A stretch of 63,948 nt of DNA, the filler included, from Pelomyxa schiedti (Eukaryota > Protista > Evosea): assembly GCA_020536535.1 (NCBI GenBank). It is 10 parts of 10 records of this genome, joined end to end, with 100 filler letters (N's around TTAATTAATTAA, not from the genome) between each part and the next. Parts side by side here need not be neighbours in the genome. Positions count along the whole stretch, not along the records: positions 7,987 to 31,636 come from JAHLWZ010001056.1; 9 more parts are not named here. One strand, 5' to 3'. Each line of letters starts with the position of its first letter. The first letter of the stretch is position 1. Positions 10,030-21,509 of this stretch are shown here, one piece after another. The translations under genes were made by a program, and so were the position numbers. The notes beneath the pieces are model-generated. The model saw only the letters and a list, made by a program, of their open reading frames with translations, did not search any database and was not told the origin of the DNA.

Positions 10030-11943
10030 ATGAAAATCATCGAAATCATCGATGCTACGTCGGGGATGCCCGTCTACAGCGAGTCGGGCCTCTTCAAGGG
10101 CCAACAGCTCAACGCAGCGCAGATGACCCTCTCCTCCAACCTCTCCGAGTCCCTGCTGTACATCTCGGCCGACCCAATCTCCCCTCCCCCCTCCTCGTGC
10201 CCCGCGCCCCCGCTCCTCCCCTTCTGCCCCTCCCCCTCGCCCTCGCTCGCCCCGCCCTCCCCGTCCCCCACGGGCCTCGGCGGGCTCCCCGCGCCCTCCC
10301 CCTCGCCCCCGCCCCCGTCCCCCTCCCCGCGGCACCGCGCCGCCAGCGCCGTCGTCTCCACGGCCTACCACAACGCCTTCGCCATCAGCGACGAGGGCGA
10401 GACCCCCGAGGAGCTCCGGGCCCAGCTCAGCCTCGCGCTGGACCTCGCCCGCATGCGCGGCGGCCCCCGCTTCGGCCCCCAGTGCAAGAGCCTGCGCGCC
10501 ATCGAGCGCCTGGTCCTCACGGCCCAGCACCTCGGCGCCACCCGCCAGTCCGACCTCCTCATGTGCCTCGAGCACCTCGAGGTCCCCGCGCGCCTGCGCC
10601 TCGGCAGCGCCAAGCAGCTGCGCGCCGCGGCCGTCGAGTCGCGCGCCAACGCCGAGGCGCGCTTCGCCATGGTCTGCGCGGGCTCCCGCATCGTCGCCGA
10701 GTGGTCCGCGACCCAGACGTCGCTGGTGCCGCCGCCGGAGCAGTACTTGCTGGCCGTGCACGCCCACTCGCTGTTCGAGTTCGCGAAGATCCCGGTCAAG
10801 TTCCACGGGAGGGACCCGTTCGCTTCTATGTCCTCGGCCCCGCCGCCGGCCCCGGTTCCAAAGACCTTGGCGGAATCGCTGGAATCGGTTCCGAAGCCCG
10901 CCGCGTCTGCATCTGTTGGCGCCTCGGCGGCCACCAATTCCACTGGATCAAGGTTGGCTCAAACGGCAGCGATTGAGACAAGTGCTGCTTCGGACTCTTC
11001 CCAGGTGCAAAGTAATGTTACTGGAACGGCGAGCTCAGAACATGTTATTCCGGCAATGCCTGTAGCGCTTCCGGAATCGAATCATTTGGGTTCTCCTATT
11101 CCTTCCGTTACAGCTGCTGAAGAGCCATCAGTTCCAGCTAGTCCCCCGACTGATACCACGCCAAAAGAAGCTTCAAATGCACAGGCACAAGCGGATACAG
11201 TATCAAGGGGGTCAGTTGACCAAACTAAACCAGAAGGGGAGGATTCCGTGGGAGGTGAGGATGGGGAGGAAAGCATGGTGGTTCTGGTGGAGGAAGAGGG
11301 TGTCTCTGGCAGTACCACACCTTCAATTGGAATTGGAATACCTGATGATGATACACACAGAAGTGACACGCCTTCTCTATCTGTCACGCCTCCTGCGGCT
11401 ATTGACAGCTTTCCTAGATCCACCACCCCACCACCCCTTTCTCCAGGTTATCCCAAGTCCTTGGAGAGCTCACCCCAGAGAGCGTCATTACCAAATGTCT
11501 TGCATGCTCCCAAGAGTGTATCTCCAGGCTCTCCGCTATTACGCTCAGTCCCTTCCCCCAACTATCAGACCCCAGCAACCCCAATTTTGCCCAGTACCCC
11601 TTCCATTCCTTCCAGTCCCACCGCCACACCTCGGTCAGGAACACCACTTAGGTACTCTTCTGTACGCCCCACCCCCCAGCGAACGGCAGTGAGGGGTGAA
11701 TATACTCTCCTTCACCTAACACCTAGTGGTTATGTCAACACTCTTTCCAACAGCCAGGGAGCAGTTGATCCCATTTCACATATTTTACCACACTGGGTCT
11801 ACACTGTCCAGCTGTTCCCAAGTGTTTATCTTATTGTTGTCATGCGTGGTGGGGAAAAACAGCCTGAGCAGTTGAAATCTATGGTGGCCAAACTAAGGAA
11901 AAAGCTCACTGACTTTTCAGGTACATTGCCAATTTTTCTGTAA
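10030..11943 (+). CDS. Putative longin-domain trafficking protein, Mon1/HPS1/Fuzzy-like, with a long Ser/Pro-rich insert
   Basis: 638-aa ORF. SGMPVY and AISDEGETPEELRAQL resemble the first longin domain of this family (by-eye comparison only). Confidence 0.5.
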   Translation: MKIIEIIDATSGMPVYSESGLFKGQQLNAAQMTLSSNLSESLLYISADPISPPPSSCPAPPLLPFCPSPSPSLAPPSPSPTGLGGLPAPSPSPPPPSPSPRHRAASAVVSTAYHNAFAISDEGETPEELRAQLSLALDLARMRGGPRFGPQCKSLRAIERLVLTAQHLGATRQSDLLMCLEHLEVPARLRLGSAKQLRAAAVESRANAEARFAMVCAGSRIVAEWSATQTSLVPPPEQYLLAVHAHSLFEFAKIPVKFHGRDPFASMSSAPPPAPVPKTLAESLESVPKPAASASVGASAATNSTGSRLAQTAAIETSAASDSSQVQSNVTGTASSEHVIPAMPVALPESNHLGSPIPSVTAAEEPSVPASPPTDTTPKEASNAQAQADTVSRGSVDQTKPEGEDSVGGEDGEESMVVLVEEEGVSGSTTPSIGIGIPDDDTHRSDTPSLSVTPPAAIDSFPRSTTPPPLSPGYPKSLESSPQRASLPNVLHAPKSVSPGSPLLRSVPSPNYQTPATPILPSTPSIPSSPTATPRSGTPLRYSSVRPTPQRTAVRGEYTLLHLTPSGYVNTLSNSQGAVDPISHILPHWVYTVQLFPSVYLIVVMRGGEKQPEQLKSMVAKLRKKLTDFSGTLPIFL

Positions 11944-12030
11944 TTCCTAACACCATTCACAGACTTCTTCCTTGCCACTCACCTTCCAGTTCTACGTTAT
12001 ATCTCTGCGTTTCCTGGGCTTGTCCACTTC

Positions 12031-12597
12031 ATGTTTGCCGAGCGCGTACATGGTGTGTGCGTGACCCCTCCCATCACTTCACTTTACGGCCGGCAGTACA
12101 AGCACGAGTCCGCTGCTGATGACCAAGTTATTCAACAGATACACCGCGCGCTGTGGGCCCATGTGCACCGCACACGGCGGTTCCTTACAGCCGGTTATCC
12201 CTGCTCCATACTCAGGACTCAAGAGTACCAGTGTAGCTACAGACTTTGGCTGGATGATGATGGAATAGAAGTTCCATGGGACACCCCATGGGTGCTTGTT
12301 ATGCAGAAAAGATGGCTAGATAGCAAAAGCTGTGACATGAACAATCCAGAACGTGGGAGCAGCAGTACCAGCACCGCCAATAAAAATATCGAGGAGCAGG
12401 CATTCACAGAAGGGCCAAGGCCAGTCACTCCACAGTGGTATGTGGAGTTGATAGAGGCCATTTCATCACATTATGGCCGGAGACCACAGCGGTGCTATGA
12501 GCTGTACTCCCTATATATACCTTGCCTTCCTGCCTCAGTGGTGGCCAGGAACGACAAGGCCCTTGCTGCATCATTGATAGCACATATTTCTGGATGA
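12031..12597 (+). CDS. Hypothetical protein (188 aa)
   Basis: Single ORF with ordinary amino-acid composition; no motif recognised. Confidence 0.5.
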   Translation: MFAERVHGVCVTPPITSLYGRQYKHESAADDQVIQQIHRALWAHVHRTRRFLTAGYPCSILRTQEYQCSYRLWLDDDGIEVPWDTPWVLVMQKRWLDSKSCDMNNPERGSSSTSTANKNIEEQAFTEGPRPVTPQWYVELIEAISSHYGRRPQRCYELYSLYIPCLPASVVARNDKALAASLIAHISG

Positions 12598-12764
12598 ACA
12601 ACAAAACAACAATTTTTGTTCCTCGAATGTATGTTAAAAATGTCGGTACTTCTAAAAAAAATGAAGCACCATGTTCTAAATAGTTTCTATAAATGGAAAC
12701 AAAAATGTAACAAGAGCGACGGGAGGACGGAGCCTTTCATTCAGTGTGGCAGTCAAAAAAACCA

Positions 12765-14030
12765 TTAACGGTCTCTGGGTTCAAAAGAAAAACCTGACAG
12801 CAGTGGAACAGTGAAGTCACCAATGTGGAAACCAGTGCTGCCATCATGGACCGCAAAAGATATTTTACACTCCGTCTCTGTCACAGCCACACTGTCGTCA
12901 GTTGAGGGCAATTCTGACTTTGTCTCACAGAATTTCGTCGAGGCTATGAGCCCTGATGTTTGGCTGGGGCACACCCACGTGCATGCCACAGACAGAGTTG
13001 GTTCCGAGATGTCGTGGCCAACACGGTGCACACTGAATTGAGTTGTATTGTGGTAAGCAGTGACTATCGCGTGGCTCTTGCCTATCGGTGCAACATGGCG
13101 CAATGGCGGGAAGGGTGTCCACTTACCGGTCCCGGCACTCTCCTGGTTGGCACTGAGAAGATAATACGACGAGTCCGCGTGGTGCAGTATGCCCAGGCTT
13201 CCGCCATTACGATCCGGAAGCCACATGACACCGGTGGGCCAGTGCTCTCGGCACACAACCCTTGATGCAACCACCAGTTCCTGAGCCTTGAAGCTGGCAC
13301 CCAAGTCAATGAAAGTGACCACACCTGGCTTGCCAGTCTGCCCAACGGTCAGGAGAACAACGACGTCGTCACAAAGAGGTGAAAACTCAAAGGTGCCTCT
13401 TAACTGAACGCCACCAATGCACACCCCCTTTGCCGCTGGAGCCCCACGAACAACCTTCCACACATTAAGCTTATTGTCAGTGAACCCCACAATCCACTTC
13501 CTGTTGCACTTCACCCGGTCCCTTCCATAGCTTGCAATGGCAGCGCCACCATTGACATCACCAGTCGTTTCGCCGGTTCCAACGTCCACAACAGAGAGTC
13601 TCCATTTCCAATCCTCACTGTTTGTTGAAGCCACCAGAATTCTCCTTTCACCAACACACCCCATCACGGTATCTGCAGCCCTGCGGGTGACCCACGAGTG
13701 CCTCACAACACCTAGTGTGGGAGACACACTCAGGTACAGGAAGAGGTTCACCCTCTTATCCCAGTGGGCTGAATCCTTGATGGGGAGCCTGAACACAGTG
13801 TCACAGTCCGGCCTGAGCACCCAGTCCTCGGCCCACGCCCGAAACAGCGCCGGCGACTCCACAAAGGCCCGGAACGCGGCCGACCCCGCCCGATTCTTTG
13901 TGAAAGGACCACGAGTGCTCTTTGCAATGACGGTGGCACAACAAACGGCAAGGGCCTGCGACTTGGCAGTTGTCGTCACAGTCACAACGGCACCCCCCAG
14001 CGAAATGGCAAGGGCTTGTTGTTGCCCCAT
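12765..14030 (-). CDS. Intronless hypothetical protein of the expanded family
   Basis: ATG at 14030 (MGQQQ). Motifs SVSPTLGVV, CNRKWIVG, LNVWKV and FIDLGASF..QELVVASRVVC. Confidence 0.8.
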   Translation of the reverse strand: MGQQQALAISLGGAVVTVTTTAKSQALAVCCATVIAKSTRGPFTKNRAGSAAFRAFVESPALFRAWAEDWVLRPDCDTVFRLPIKDSAHWDKRVNLFLYLSVSPTLGVVRHSWVTRRAADTVMGCVGERRILVASTNSEDWKWRLSVVDVGTGETTGDVNGGAAIASYGRDRVKCNRKWIVGFTDNKLNVWKVVRGAPAAKGVCIGGVQLRGTFEFSPLCDDVVVLLTVGQTGKPGVVTFIDLGASFKAQELVVASRVVCREHWPTGVMWLPDRNGGSLGILHHADSSYYLLSANQESAGTGKWTPFPPLRHVAPIGKSHAIVTAYHNTTQFSVHRVGHDISEPTLSVACTWVCPSQTSGLIASTKFCETKSELPSTDDSVAVTETECKISFAVHDGSTGFHIGDFTVPLLSGFSFEPRDR

Positions 14031-15234
14031 CTCCCGTTTTTCTGTTAAAAAAATCTTAAGGTTGGAATAATACACTCCCTCCTATCCCAAAATGCTGCAC
14101 TAGACTCTACACACAAAACACTCCTAAGCCCATCCAAAATGTTTCATGTGTAAGGCACACACAACAGTACCACAAACAAAAACAGTTATTTACCATTAAC
14201 TCTGAACAAAAAATGGTGATTAAAATTGATCTGTGCTAAATAACCTCAAAAAACAAAAGGAAGAATCACATGGAAGGGAAACCACCCAAAAAGGGGCGAA
14301 TACAATGAGCCATTTTTTGGGTGGAGCAAAGCTCTCCTCTGTCTTCAATCCTGTCATAAGCCTTGCAACTTGTGAAGGTTTTTTTTTTGTTATACTTAGG
14401 CTCTGTTCCAAAGGCCCACAGGGTAGCAGGAGGGCCATTTCTAGACCCTGACCTATACTACCCTGCACCTACTGTGGCCTTGACAAACACACTAAGTATA
14501 ACAACCCCCACAAGCCAAGCCCAGATAATTGATATCAATGTTTGCATGACTATCCTGGTCAAAGGAGCAGTATACAGTGACTCAGTGGTGACACCCTCTG
14601 TGTGAACTGTGGAAGAAGCTGGGTGATGGAGTGCCAACCAGGCTTCATAGAACTGGTACTACAAAGAGAAAAGGGGTGCCTGTGTGGTGAGGGAGAATAG
14701 ATAGAAGAATGAAGTAAGTAATAGGAGAATGGAGAAAACTGCTCCTATGTAGTACATAAGTATCAACTGTAGCAGTGTAGCAAGAGTCCCAGCGCTTCTG
14801 TGCATTGTAAGGGAGTGTTATATGAAAGGTTCTTTAGTATTTGTTGTGTGTATTAGTTTGATAAAGATACACAAGGGAAATGCTATTTTTATGTATGTAA
14901 TACGTGATCACGCACGGTCGACACGTCGGTGTACTCCCAGCACCACGCCGCGTACCACCGCGCTGCTCCGCACCTCTCACGCCGCCGCGCCTCGTCCGTC
15001 CGCACCGCACACTGCACCGCGTAGCCTAGCCTAGCACCGCACCGCACCACACCGCGTAGCGCCGGTCGCGTCGCCTTGTGCACCGCGGAGCAAAGTGGTT
15101 TTTTTTTTTTGTGTTGTGGGGCGTGCCGGGTGTGTTGTTACTCGGTGTCGCGTGGTAGAGTGTTTCTTTTTAAAAAAAAAAGTGGGAGGGGCTAGTCGAA
15201 TCTTGTTTTTGTTGGCTACTGTATTAGAATAGAT

Positions 15235-16259
15235 TTATTGGAATAGAACTGAGAACCTAAAAAACGAAAATGGAAAAAATACGTACCAACTTGGAGCGGG
15301 TGCTCTTTCAAGGGGTAGTCTACGCTCCAGTGGGTCTGTGGTGACCCTACAGAGTGCACTGGATGAAAGGAAGGGGTGTTGGAAGCCTCGCTCTGATTTT
15401 ATGTGAGGAAAAGTGTGATGGATGTGATTCTGAACTAACCTTTGCCAATGACCAGCTCCGGAAAGCAGTGACACCACAACAATGTTATCTGTTTGTACAG
15501 TAAGTTTGTCTGACATTGTAATGCCCATTCCAATAATTTCCCTGTTTGTGGATGGTATTTCTGTCTCTTCTAGTATTCTCTATATGTGTGAGCTATTCCC
15601 ATTCCACAGGTCAACTTCCACTTTCCATTTTCATTGCTCTGATTACATCTTTAGAGAAAGAAACCAAGCTGGGAGAAAAAACCTGCACAATCTCAACTTG
15701 AGTTCACCAAACCTCTCAAGATTTGTGGATTGCAGGTCACGTTAATGTGCACTGCATGGGATCCCTGTACCACTTCAGGGTTGCACAAAACCAGTGCTGC
15801 AGGAAAAGATAAGTGTTGGATTTGAACTTGTATGGAAAAGTACCAACAGCACCAAAGAGTGACACCAGAGCAATGAGAATATCAAAAGCTATTTGCATTG
15901 CCTCTTCCCTACCAAAACTAAGAAACTGACAGTCTGAAAGTTGAAAGTACTACACAATTCTCGTGATTACTTTGAGCTCCTTAAACGAAACAGTCAGAAC
16001 AAAATAAAACAAAGAATGCATAGTAGTATGACAGCGTTCGGAGATCTCTAAATCCTATTAGAGGGTAAACGTTCAATGACAGCGTATATACTGGTACGGC
16101 AAGTAGTTTGGATGACTACGAATAAAAAGTACCAATAACAAACAAACGCTGGGCGATGTCGGAATCCACTATCAGGGGTGTGAGCGTACCGCTGATGCGG
16201 TGTTCCAGCCTCCATGTTTTTATGACATCTGAGATCTGCTCAACGGGGTCTTTTTCCAT
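15235..16259 (-). CDS. Multi-exon hypothetical protein; boundaries uncertain
   Basis: ATG at 16259 (MEKDPVEQISDVIKTWRLEH...), short GT-AG-like introns, and an open exon at 15235-15528. Confidence 0.35.
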
Positions 16260-17113
16260 GCCGACGACAGCATTCCCCTGCGCTATGTACTCCACGAAGT
16301 TTTTCTTCTAATCAGAAGAGAAAAAAAACCGAAAAAACGTGGGTCGGCATCCAGCTGACGATCCTTAGTGTTTGTTGTCGCACAAACGGTTATGGGATTG
16401 GAAGACGTGTACGTGCAGGTCGGAATAAGAACAGTTTTTTTCGCCTTGCCGCAATTGTAATTGTTCAACTCTGGCAAAGGAGTTGAGCAGTTGATTAGAA
16501 CTCTTTGGCTCATAGAAGGGAGGAAAACAAGGGGAAGCATGAGGAAAAATCTGAAGCAGAAATACAACAACTCGAACAAGTCAAATCAATCATTCAAGCT
16601 GGGATTGAATCCATGAATGCTGTCCTCGAAAAACACATTCTAGAGCTTCTTTTTTGCCAACAAATGTATCAGAAAATGAAGAAAATACAATTGCTCAAAA
16701 AGTGAGATACTTTCATACAGTGTTCAACACAAAATTTTCGACATAGAGACTGACCTTCGTGTCAACACAGCTAGGTATATTTGCCACCTCACCTTCCTTT
16801 CCTTACCAAATAAAAACCAAAGTATTGAAGAACGACTGGCAAAGGCAGAGCAATCCGTGGAAAGCATTAATTTCATGGCAGGTGTTCCAAATTCCGATTC
16901 TCTCATCACAAATAACTTCCCACACAAATAGCATTACCCTAGTTAACTGTTCTAACTTGGCAGTTCTGTTGACGACTTCAATGAAGCAGAGGCGACGCAA
17001 TTGAAGCTAGTCGAAAGGAGAGATACATTGTGATTACTGTGTACAAGCAAAATAGAACCCTCAAAGGGAAGCTTGCCCGTTCCGTTTCTTTTACTAAGAA
17101 CTTGTACAAGTTT

Positions 17114-19590
17114 CTAGGAACTGGGATTTGGTGTTGGTGTGTTTGTTGTTATGGGAATGGCATCAAGAGACCAGTAGCCACCCTTTTCTTGTGATACTGA
17201 AACACTCAATGAGGCTGACACCACCCCATCCTCTGGTTTTGGAGGGGCCGGCATTTCTATGCAGGAAATCATGAACAGCTTGGTGCACGGCGGCATTGTG
17301 GGAACGACCGCGAGGTCGACAGAGAAAGATTCCCAGGCCTCATTCAGAACTGTCACTTGGTCCTCTTTGGCTTTCGCAGAATTTTGTGGTTGTTGGTTTT
17401 GATTGTCTGATGAAGAGGCCGAAGTTGTTGCTGTAGTTGTTGGGGGTGCGAATTTCTTGGAAATGTAGGCTCCTACCTTGTGTTTTGGGCTCCCAACACC
17501 AGATATTACAGAGATGACACAGTCAAATGTGGAGCCCCATGCGATGCTTTTTTTGGGTGCAGGGTCCACCAGATTCGGTTTGGAACTGAAGAAGATTGTC
17601 AACCAAATCATTAATTCCAAGGATATGGTGTAGTGTGGTACATACTTGTCAAAGTACTTCACTACTACATCCTCACCGACACTTGGCTTGGCTGCTGTGC
17701 CCTCCTTGGCTGCTATTACTGTGACAGTCGCATTCAGCAATGGGCACTCTTCCCCGAAATATGCACCAGGTGCAATAGTGAATACAATCAAAGGATATGA
17801 TCCAGTGGGAAGTGGCGGAATCCTAATTATGTGCAAGCCCTGCATGGCACTCTCAACAGTACATGGTATCCGAGACTCGGACTTTTTATAATGTTAGTGT
17901 TGTAAAGAAAAAAAAACCAGTGGTTTGAAATTTACCTTGATAATTGCATCAAAGCGAAGTTGATCGCATATTAAGTAAATGGATTTTGAAACATTTTCAG
18001 CAAGTGTTATTGCAGGATGGTAAGACACGAGTACTTTGTAGTTCTCAGTTGTTGGTTTTGTCTTGGTAAGTCCTCTGGAGTCTTTCACTTTGCTTTATTT
18101 AGACAAGTGAACACACTGGGTGGAACTAGCTTACGGACCTACTGGTTTAGCCGCAATTTGCACAGGATGAAACCGCTGACTATTAATCTCCCTTGATAGC
18201 AGGGTGTAGAGGTCTCTCAAGCGTTTTTTTATGGCAGAAATCCTCTGAGTTTGTGGGTGGAAAAATGTGGTTGTATATGAAATGGATCCATCACTTGCAA
18301 AGTGGAATGGGGATGCCAAAACTGGGGGCTTGCGGGTTGTGATCCCTTGAATCGTGACGGTGTATGTGTCCTGATCGTGCAAGTCCAAGTCAGTGGGCTT
18401 GACAATCACACAGAGTGGTATACCATAACTTGTTGAATAAGAACACGCAGAATAGAATATTGGCTCACCCTATGGTGGAAAAACCACGAAATGAAATTGG
18501 CACATCAACGGTGCTTTTTCCAATGGTACGCTTGATGACAACTTCTGGGTGTTGTGTCTCAAAGTATAAAGGGTTTAGAGTAAATGACCAGGCATAATGT
18601 GGTTCCCAGTGCGTGATCGGATAGTATCCTTTGCATTTGTTCATGCCTTTGTAGGGAAAGAAATGAAACCTGGAGGAGGGAAGGCAACAACTAAGTAGTC
18701 ACTTTGATGTGGTGCACTTGGGCAATAGACTGGCCTTCCTCCAAATACTTTTGTGTTGCTACAGGATTTATAGTACCCAAACCCTGAAAAAAGTTTCAGA
18801 TATTTCAATGGGATCCATTTTGCCGTACCAACTGTTGACAGGTGGGGACTTAGAAGCCACCTCCTGTGTCCGAGTTGTTTAATATTATGAGCGTCACTAT
18901 CATCCAGAAATCCACACACACACGCCTGGACCATATCTCTATAGCCACAGCCAATATTGCCAGTTGATGTTCCTGAATTTCTTTCTTAAAATTTTTAAGG
19001 CTTCAGGCCCCGGATACCTTCATGCCCAACTACATATTGCTCTTCACTCATAGTTGAGGGCTTTTTTGGGTGGTGATCAAATTCACTCTCACATAGTAAA
19101 ACAGCTCCTGCAGATCGTGAGATTTGATAATACCACAAGCAAGCCAACCGAAGTGCGCGGCACGCATCCATTCTGGGTCTAGAGATATATGTGGAGGGTC
19201 TATCCAGCAAAGATACCGAACAAATATGAGAGTTGCAAGGGACTCGGAAATTGATTCCAGACTATTTTAATGTAGGTGAGATGTAAGTAATGCTGGTTGT
19301 GTTTACTTGGGCCCAGGCCAATTTCGAAAGTTAGGTCCACCAAAGATGTATGGAGGTGCCGGACATGCCAAGTCTTCTGGCTTAATCGAAGTCACAAAAG
19401 AAAGAAATCGCAAGGGGAAAAAAAAAATTATTCATATAAAGAAAAAGAAAGCTAGTTAAGAAAAGCGGGAATGGCGAAAAGAAACAAAACGATCAGCCTT
19501 TGTAAGAAGAAAAACGGCAGTACCTTGTATTTCGCATTGTGCTGTTGTGCCAGTTGCGCAACATGGTTTCGTGCCCATTCCAAGAAGAGC
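17114..19590 (-). CDS. Multi-exon CAP (SCP/PR-1-like) domain protein of bacterial type; probably continues upstream into ORF 19801-21354
   Basis: Exons read AGAVLLCESEFDHHPKKP, FLDDSDAHNIKQLGHRRWLLSPHLSTVG and VVAFPPPG. GHRxxLLxP...VG is the CAP-domain signature. Confidence 0.6.
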
Positions 19591-19800
19591 TTCTAGGTTA
19601 ATACGTTAGGTATGATAAAGAAGACATAGAAAAGCACTTTAGAAGATTGTATATCTTCAATTGTTCGTTGCTTACTATATCATGGTGAGAAGCTATTCTG
19701 GTAGTGGGAACAGAAACCTGATATCGGTAGGCTTTTTTGCAGGGGGTGTCTTCCCGGGTGATTTTCTGTGAGAAGTTACTTGTGCAATGAGAGCAGGATT

Positions 19801-21354
19801 CTAATTGTGTGTATTTGACTTACAAGAGACATACAAGGGGTTGACATTTCTCACAGGTGTAGGAGTTTTTGAACTGGGTAGGCTAGCTTTCCTTTCTGCT
19901 GGCTTTTTAATAACATTTGTTCCTTTGCTTGGAGGAACATGTAAATCAGATCCCGTTTTTTTTCGGTCGCTGGGTGCAGTTGTGGGGTCTTTGGACAATG
20001 TTTTTTTTGGGAGGATGGAATTTCTGGAAAGACTTGGAGCTGGTGTTGTGGGAGTTGTTTTGACTGGAGTATGAAGCTGTGGTTTAAGTGTTGTGGGTGC
20101 TGTATTATTTACAGGTGTACCGCTTCGTGGTTTTGTAGCTGTCACGGTGTGTTTTGTAGAATTTACAGAAGGTGAAGCTGGTTGCTTTGGGAAAAGAATG
20201 CCAACTTGGTTGGACGGCTTTTCACATAGCAACATTTTGGGTGTTGGAGATGTGGATCGAGGTCTACTTACTGTATGTTGTTTGGTATTTTGTGCCACAG
20301 TTGGTTTTCTCACCAGGCCTGGTACTGGTAGTTTTGTACTTGGAAGCTTTTTCACCGGTGCTGATGGTTGCTGAATTCCAGGCTTTGTTGTATTTCTTGA
20401 GACTGGTGCAGTGGCAGGTCTCTGGGTGACCTTTGGAACAGTGAGTGATGATGGTCTATTAACAGCTGGCGCTCGGTGGGCACCTGTGGTGGGCGATTGT
20501 GGGGTTTTGTTGGTATTTACACTGTTAATCCTGCGTGTAGAAGCTGAAGTAGAGAGAGTGGATTGTGGTCGTTTATTCACAATTGGAGTGCGGCGAGGGA
20601 GGGCGGTTCCGCGAATGGGAGTGGTTGTGGCCCCGCCCGGGCGCTGCACACTGCGATTATGGGTGGGGGCGGTGGTTTTCGACGCAAAACTGTTCAGTGG
20701 TTTAGTGGCAGTAGTTTTTATTGGGCGACTGACACTGAGGCGTGAATTCGTTGAAGGAGTGCGCGAGGGGGTACTACGAGATGGAGGCGTGACGGCGGAA
20801 AACCGTGGGGCGGTCACCGCCCCGCGCCGTAATTGTGGGACGACGGTGCGGCTTGAAGTGGGCCTCGGCGCCACGCGGGCCGATGTCGCTGGCCTGAGGG
20901 GCGCAACAGACGACTGGGGACGGGCAGCCGTGCCCACCGTCGCACTTATGGGACGGCGAGAGGAGGACACCAACTTGGCTCCACCCGTAGGCGTGGCGAC
21001 GGGGCGCTTTGCCCCTGCCGGAAGGAGAAACCTCGACTTGACAGGGACTGTGGCGGCCGGTTGTGGTGCATTTTGTTTGCCATCACCAGTAACCACAGAT
21101 GAAGATTCTCGTTGCGTTGCTGTGTTGTTGTTGCCTGCGGTTCTTGGCTGAGTTTGTGGCTGCTGTTGCAGTTGCAATTTGTGACGTGGAGTTACTACAC
21201 GGTGCCTGGGGGTGAGGACCACACGGGCCCCAATTTTCCACCCGTCAGTCGCTGGGCCTCTCTGGGGCCGCGGGTTAACCAACTTGGTTGCGACGCGGTT
21301 GGCAGTTGTGTCGGCCAACGTCGACGGTTTTTTCTTCGGTGGCGCAAACGCCAT
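19801..21354 (-). CDS. Basic Ser/Thr/Pro/Arg/Lys-rich low-complexity exon (517 aa), likely exon 1 of the CAP-domain gene
   Basis: Long ATG-started ORF that runs into a GT donor near its 3' end. Further coding exons lie downstream on the same strand (e.g. KLFLEWARNHVAQLAQQHNAKYK near 19520-19590). Confidence 0.65.
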   Translation of the reverse strand: MAFAPPKKKPSTLADTTANRVATKLVNPRPQRGPATDGWKIGARVVLTPRHRVVTPRHKLQLQQQPQTQPRTAGNNNTATQRESSSVVTGDGKQNAPQPAATVPVKSRFLLPAGAKRPVATPTGGAKLVSSSRRPISATVGTAARPQSSVAPLRPATSARVAPRPTSSRTVVPQLRRGAVTAPRFSAVTPPSRSTPSRTPSTNSRLSVSRPIKTTATKPLNSFASKTTAPTHNRSVQRPGGATTTPIRGTALPRRTPIVNKRPQSTLSTSASTRRINSVNTNKTPQSPTTGAHRAPAVNRPSSLTVPKVTQRPATAPVSRNTTKPGIQQPSAPVKKLPSTKLPVPGLVRKPTVAQNTKQHTVSRPRSTSPTPKMLLCEKPSNQVGILFPKQPASPSVNSTKHTVTATKPRSGTPVNNTAPTTLKPQLHTPVKTTPTTPAPSLSRNSILPKKTLSKDPTTAPSDRKKTGSDLHVPPSKGTNVIKKPAERKASLPSSKTPTPVRNVNPLYVSCKSNTHN

Positions 21355-21509
21355 GGCCTGCTTTTGGTTATTTTTTTTTTCCCTTTTTTACGGTGAAGTG
21401 ATGGAAACGAAACGAGGAAAGAAAATAAGAAAATGTTTTGGATTTTTTTTCTAGTAGTAACAAGGAGAGCATCATCAAACCATATCCCAGGATAAGAGTG
21501 GAACCTCAC

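Noticed and set aside
9871-10976. Long alternative-frame and antisense ORFs over the GC-rich gene start
   Set aside because: Shadow ORFs caused by high GC3. The same applies to the ORFs overlapping the MORN repeats (35815-36637) and the NRPS copies (e.g. 41514-42164, 42837-43613, 44743-45393).
14921-15085. GC-rich CGCAC-repeat stretch as a structured ncRNA
   Set aside because: Low-complexity pentamer repeats with no Pol III boxes, C/D or H/ACA motifs, and no consistent stem that I could support.
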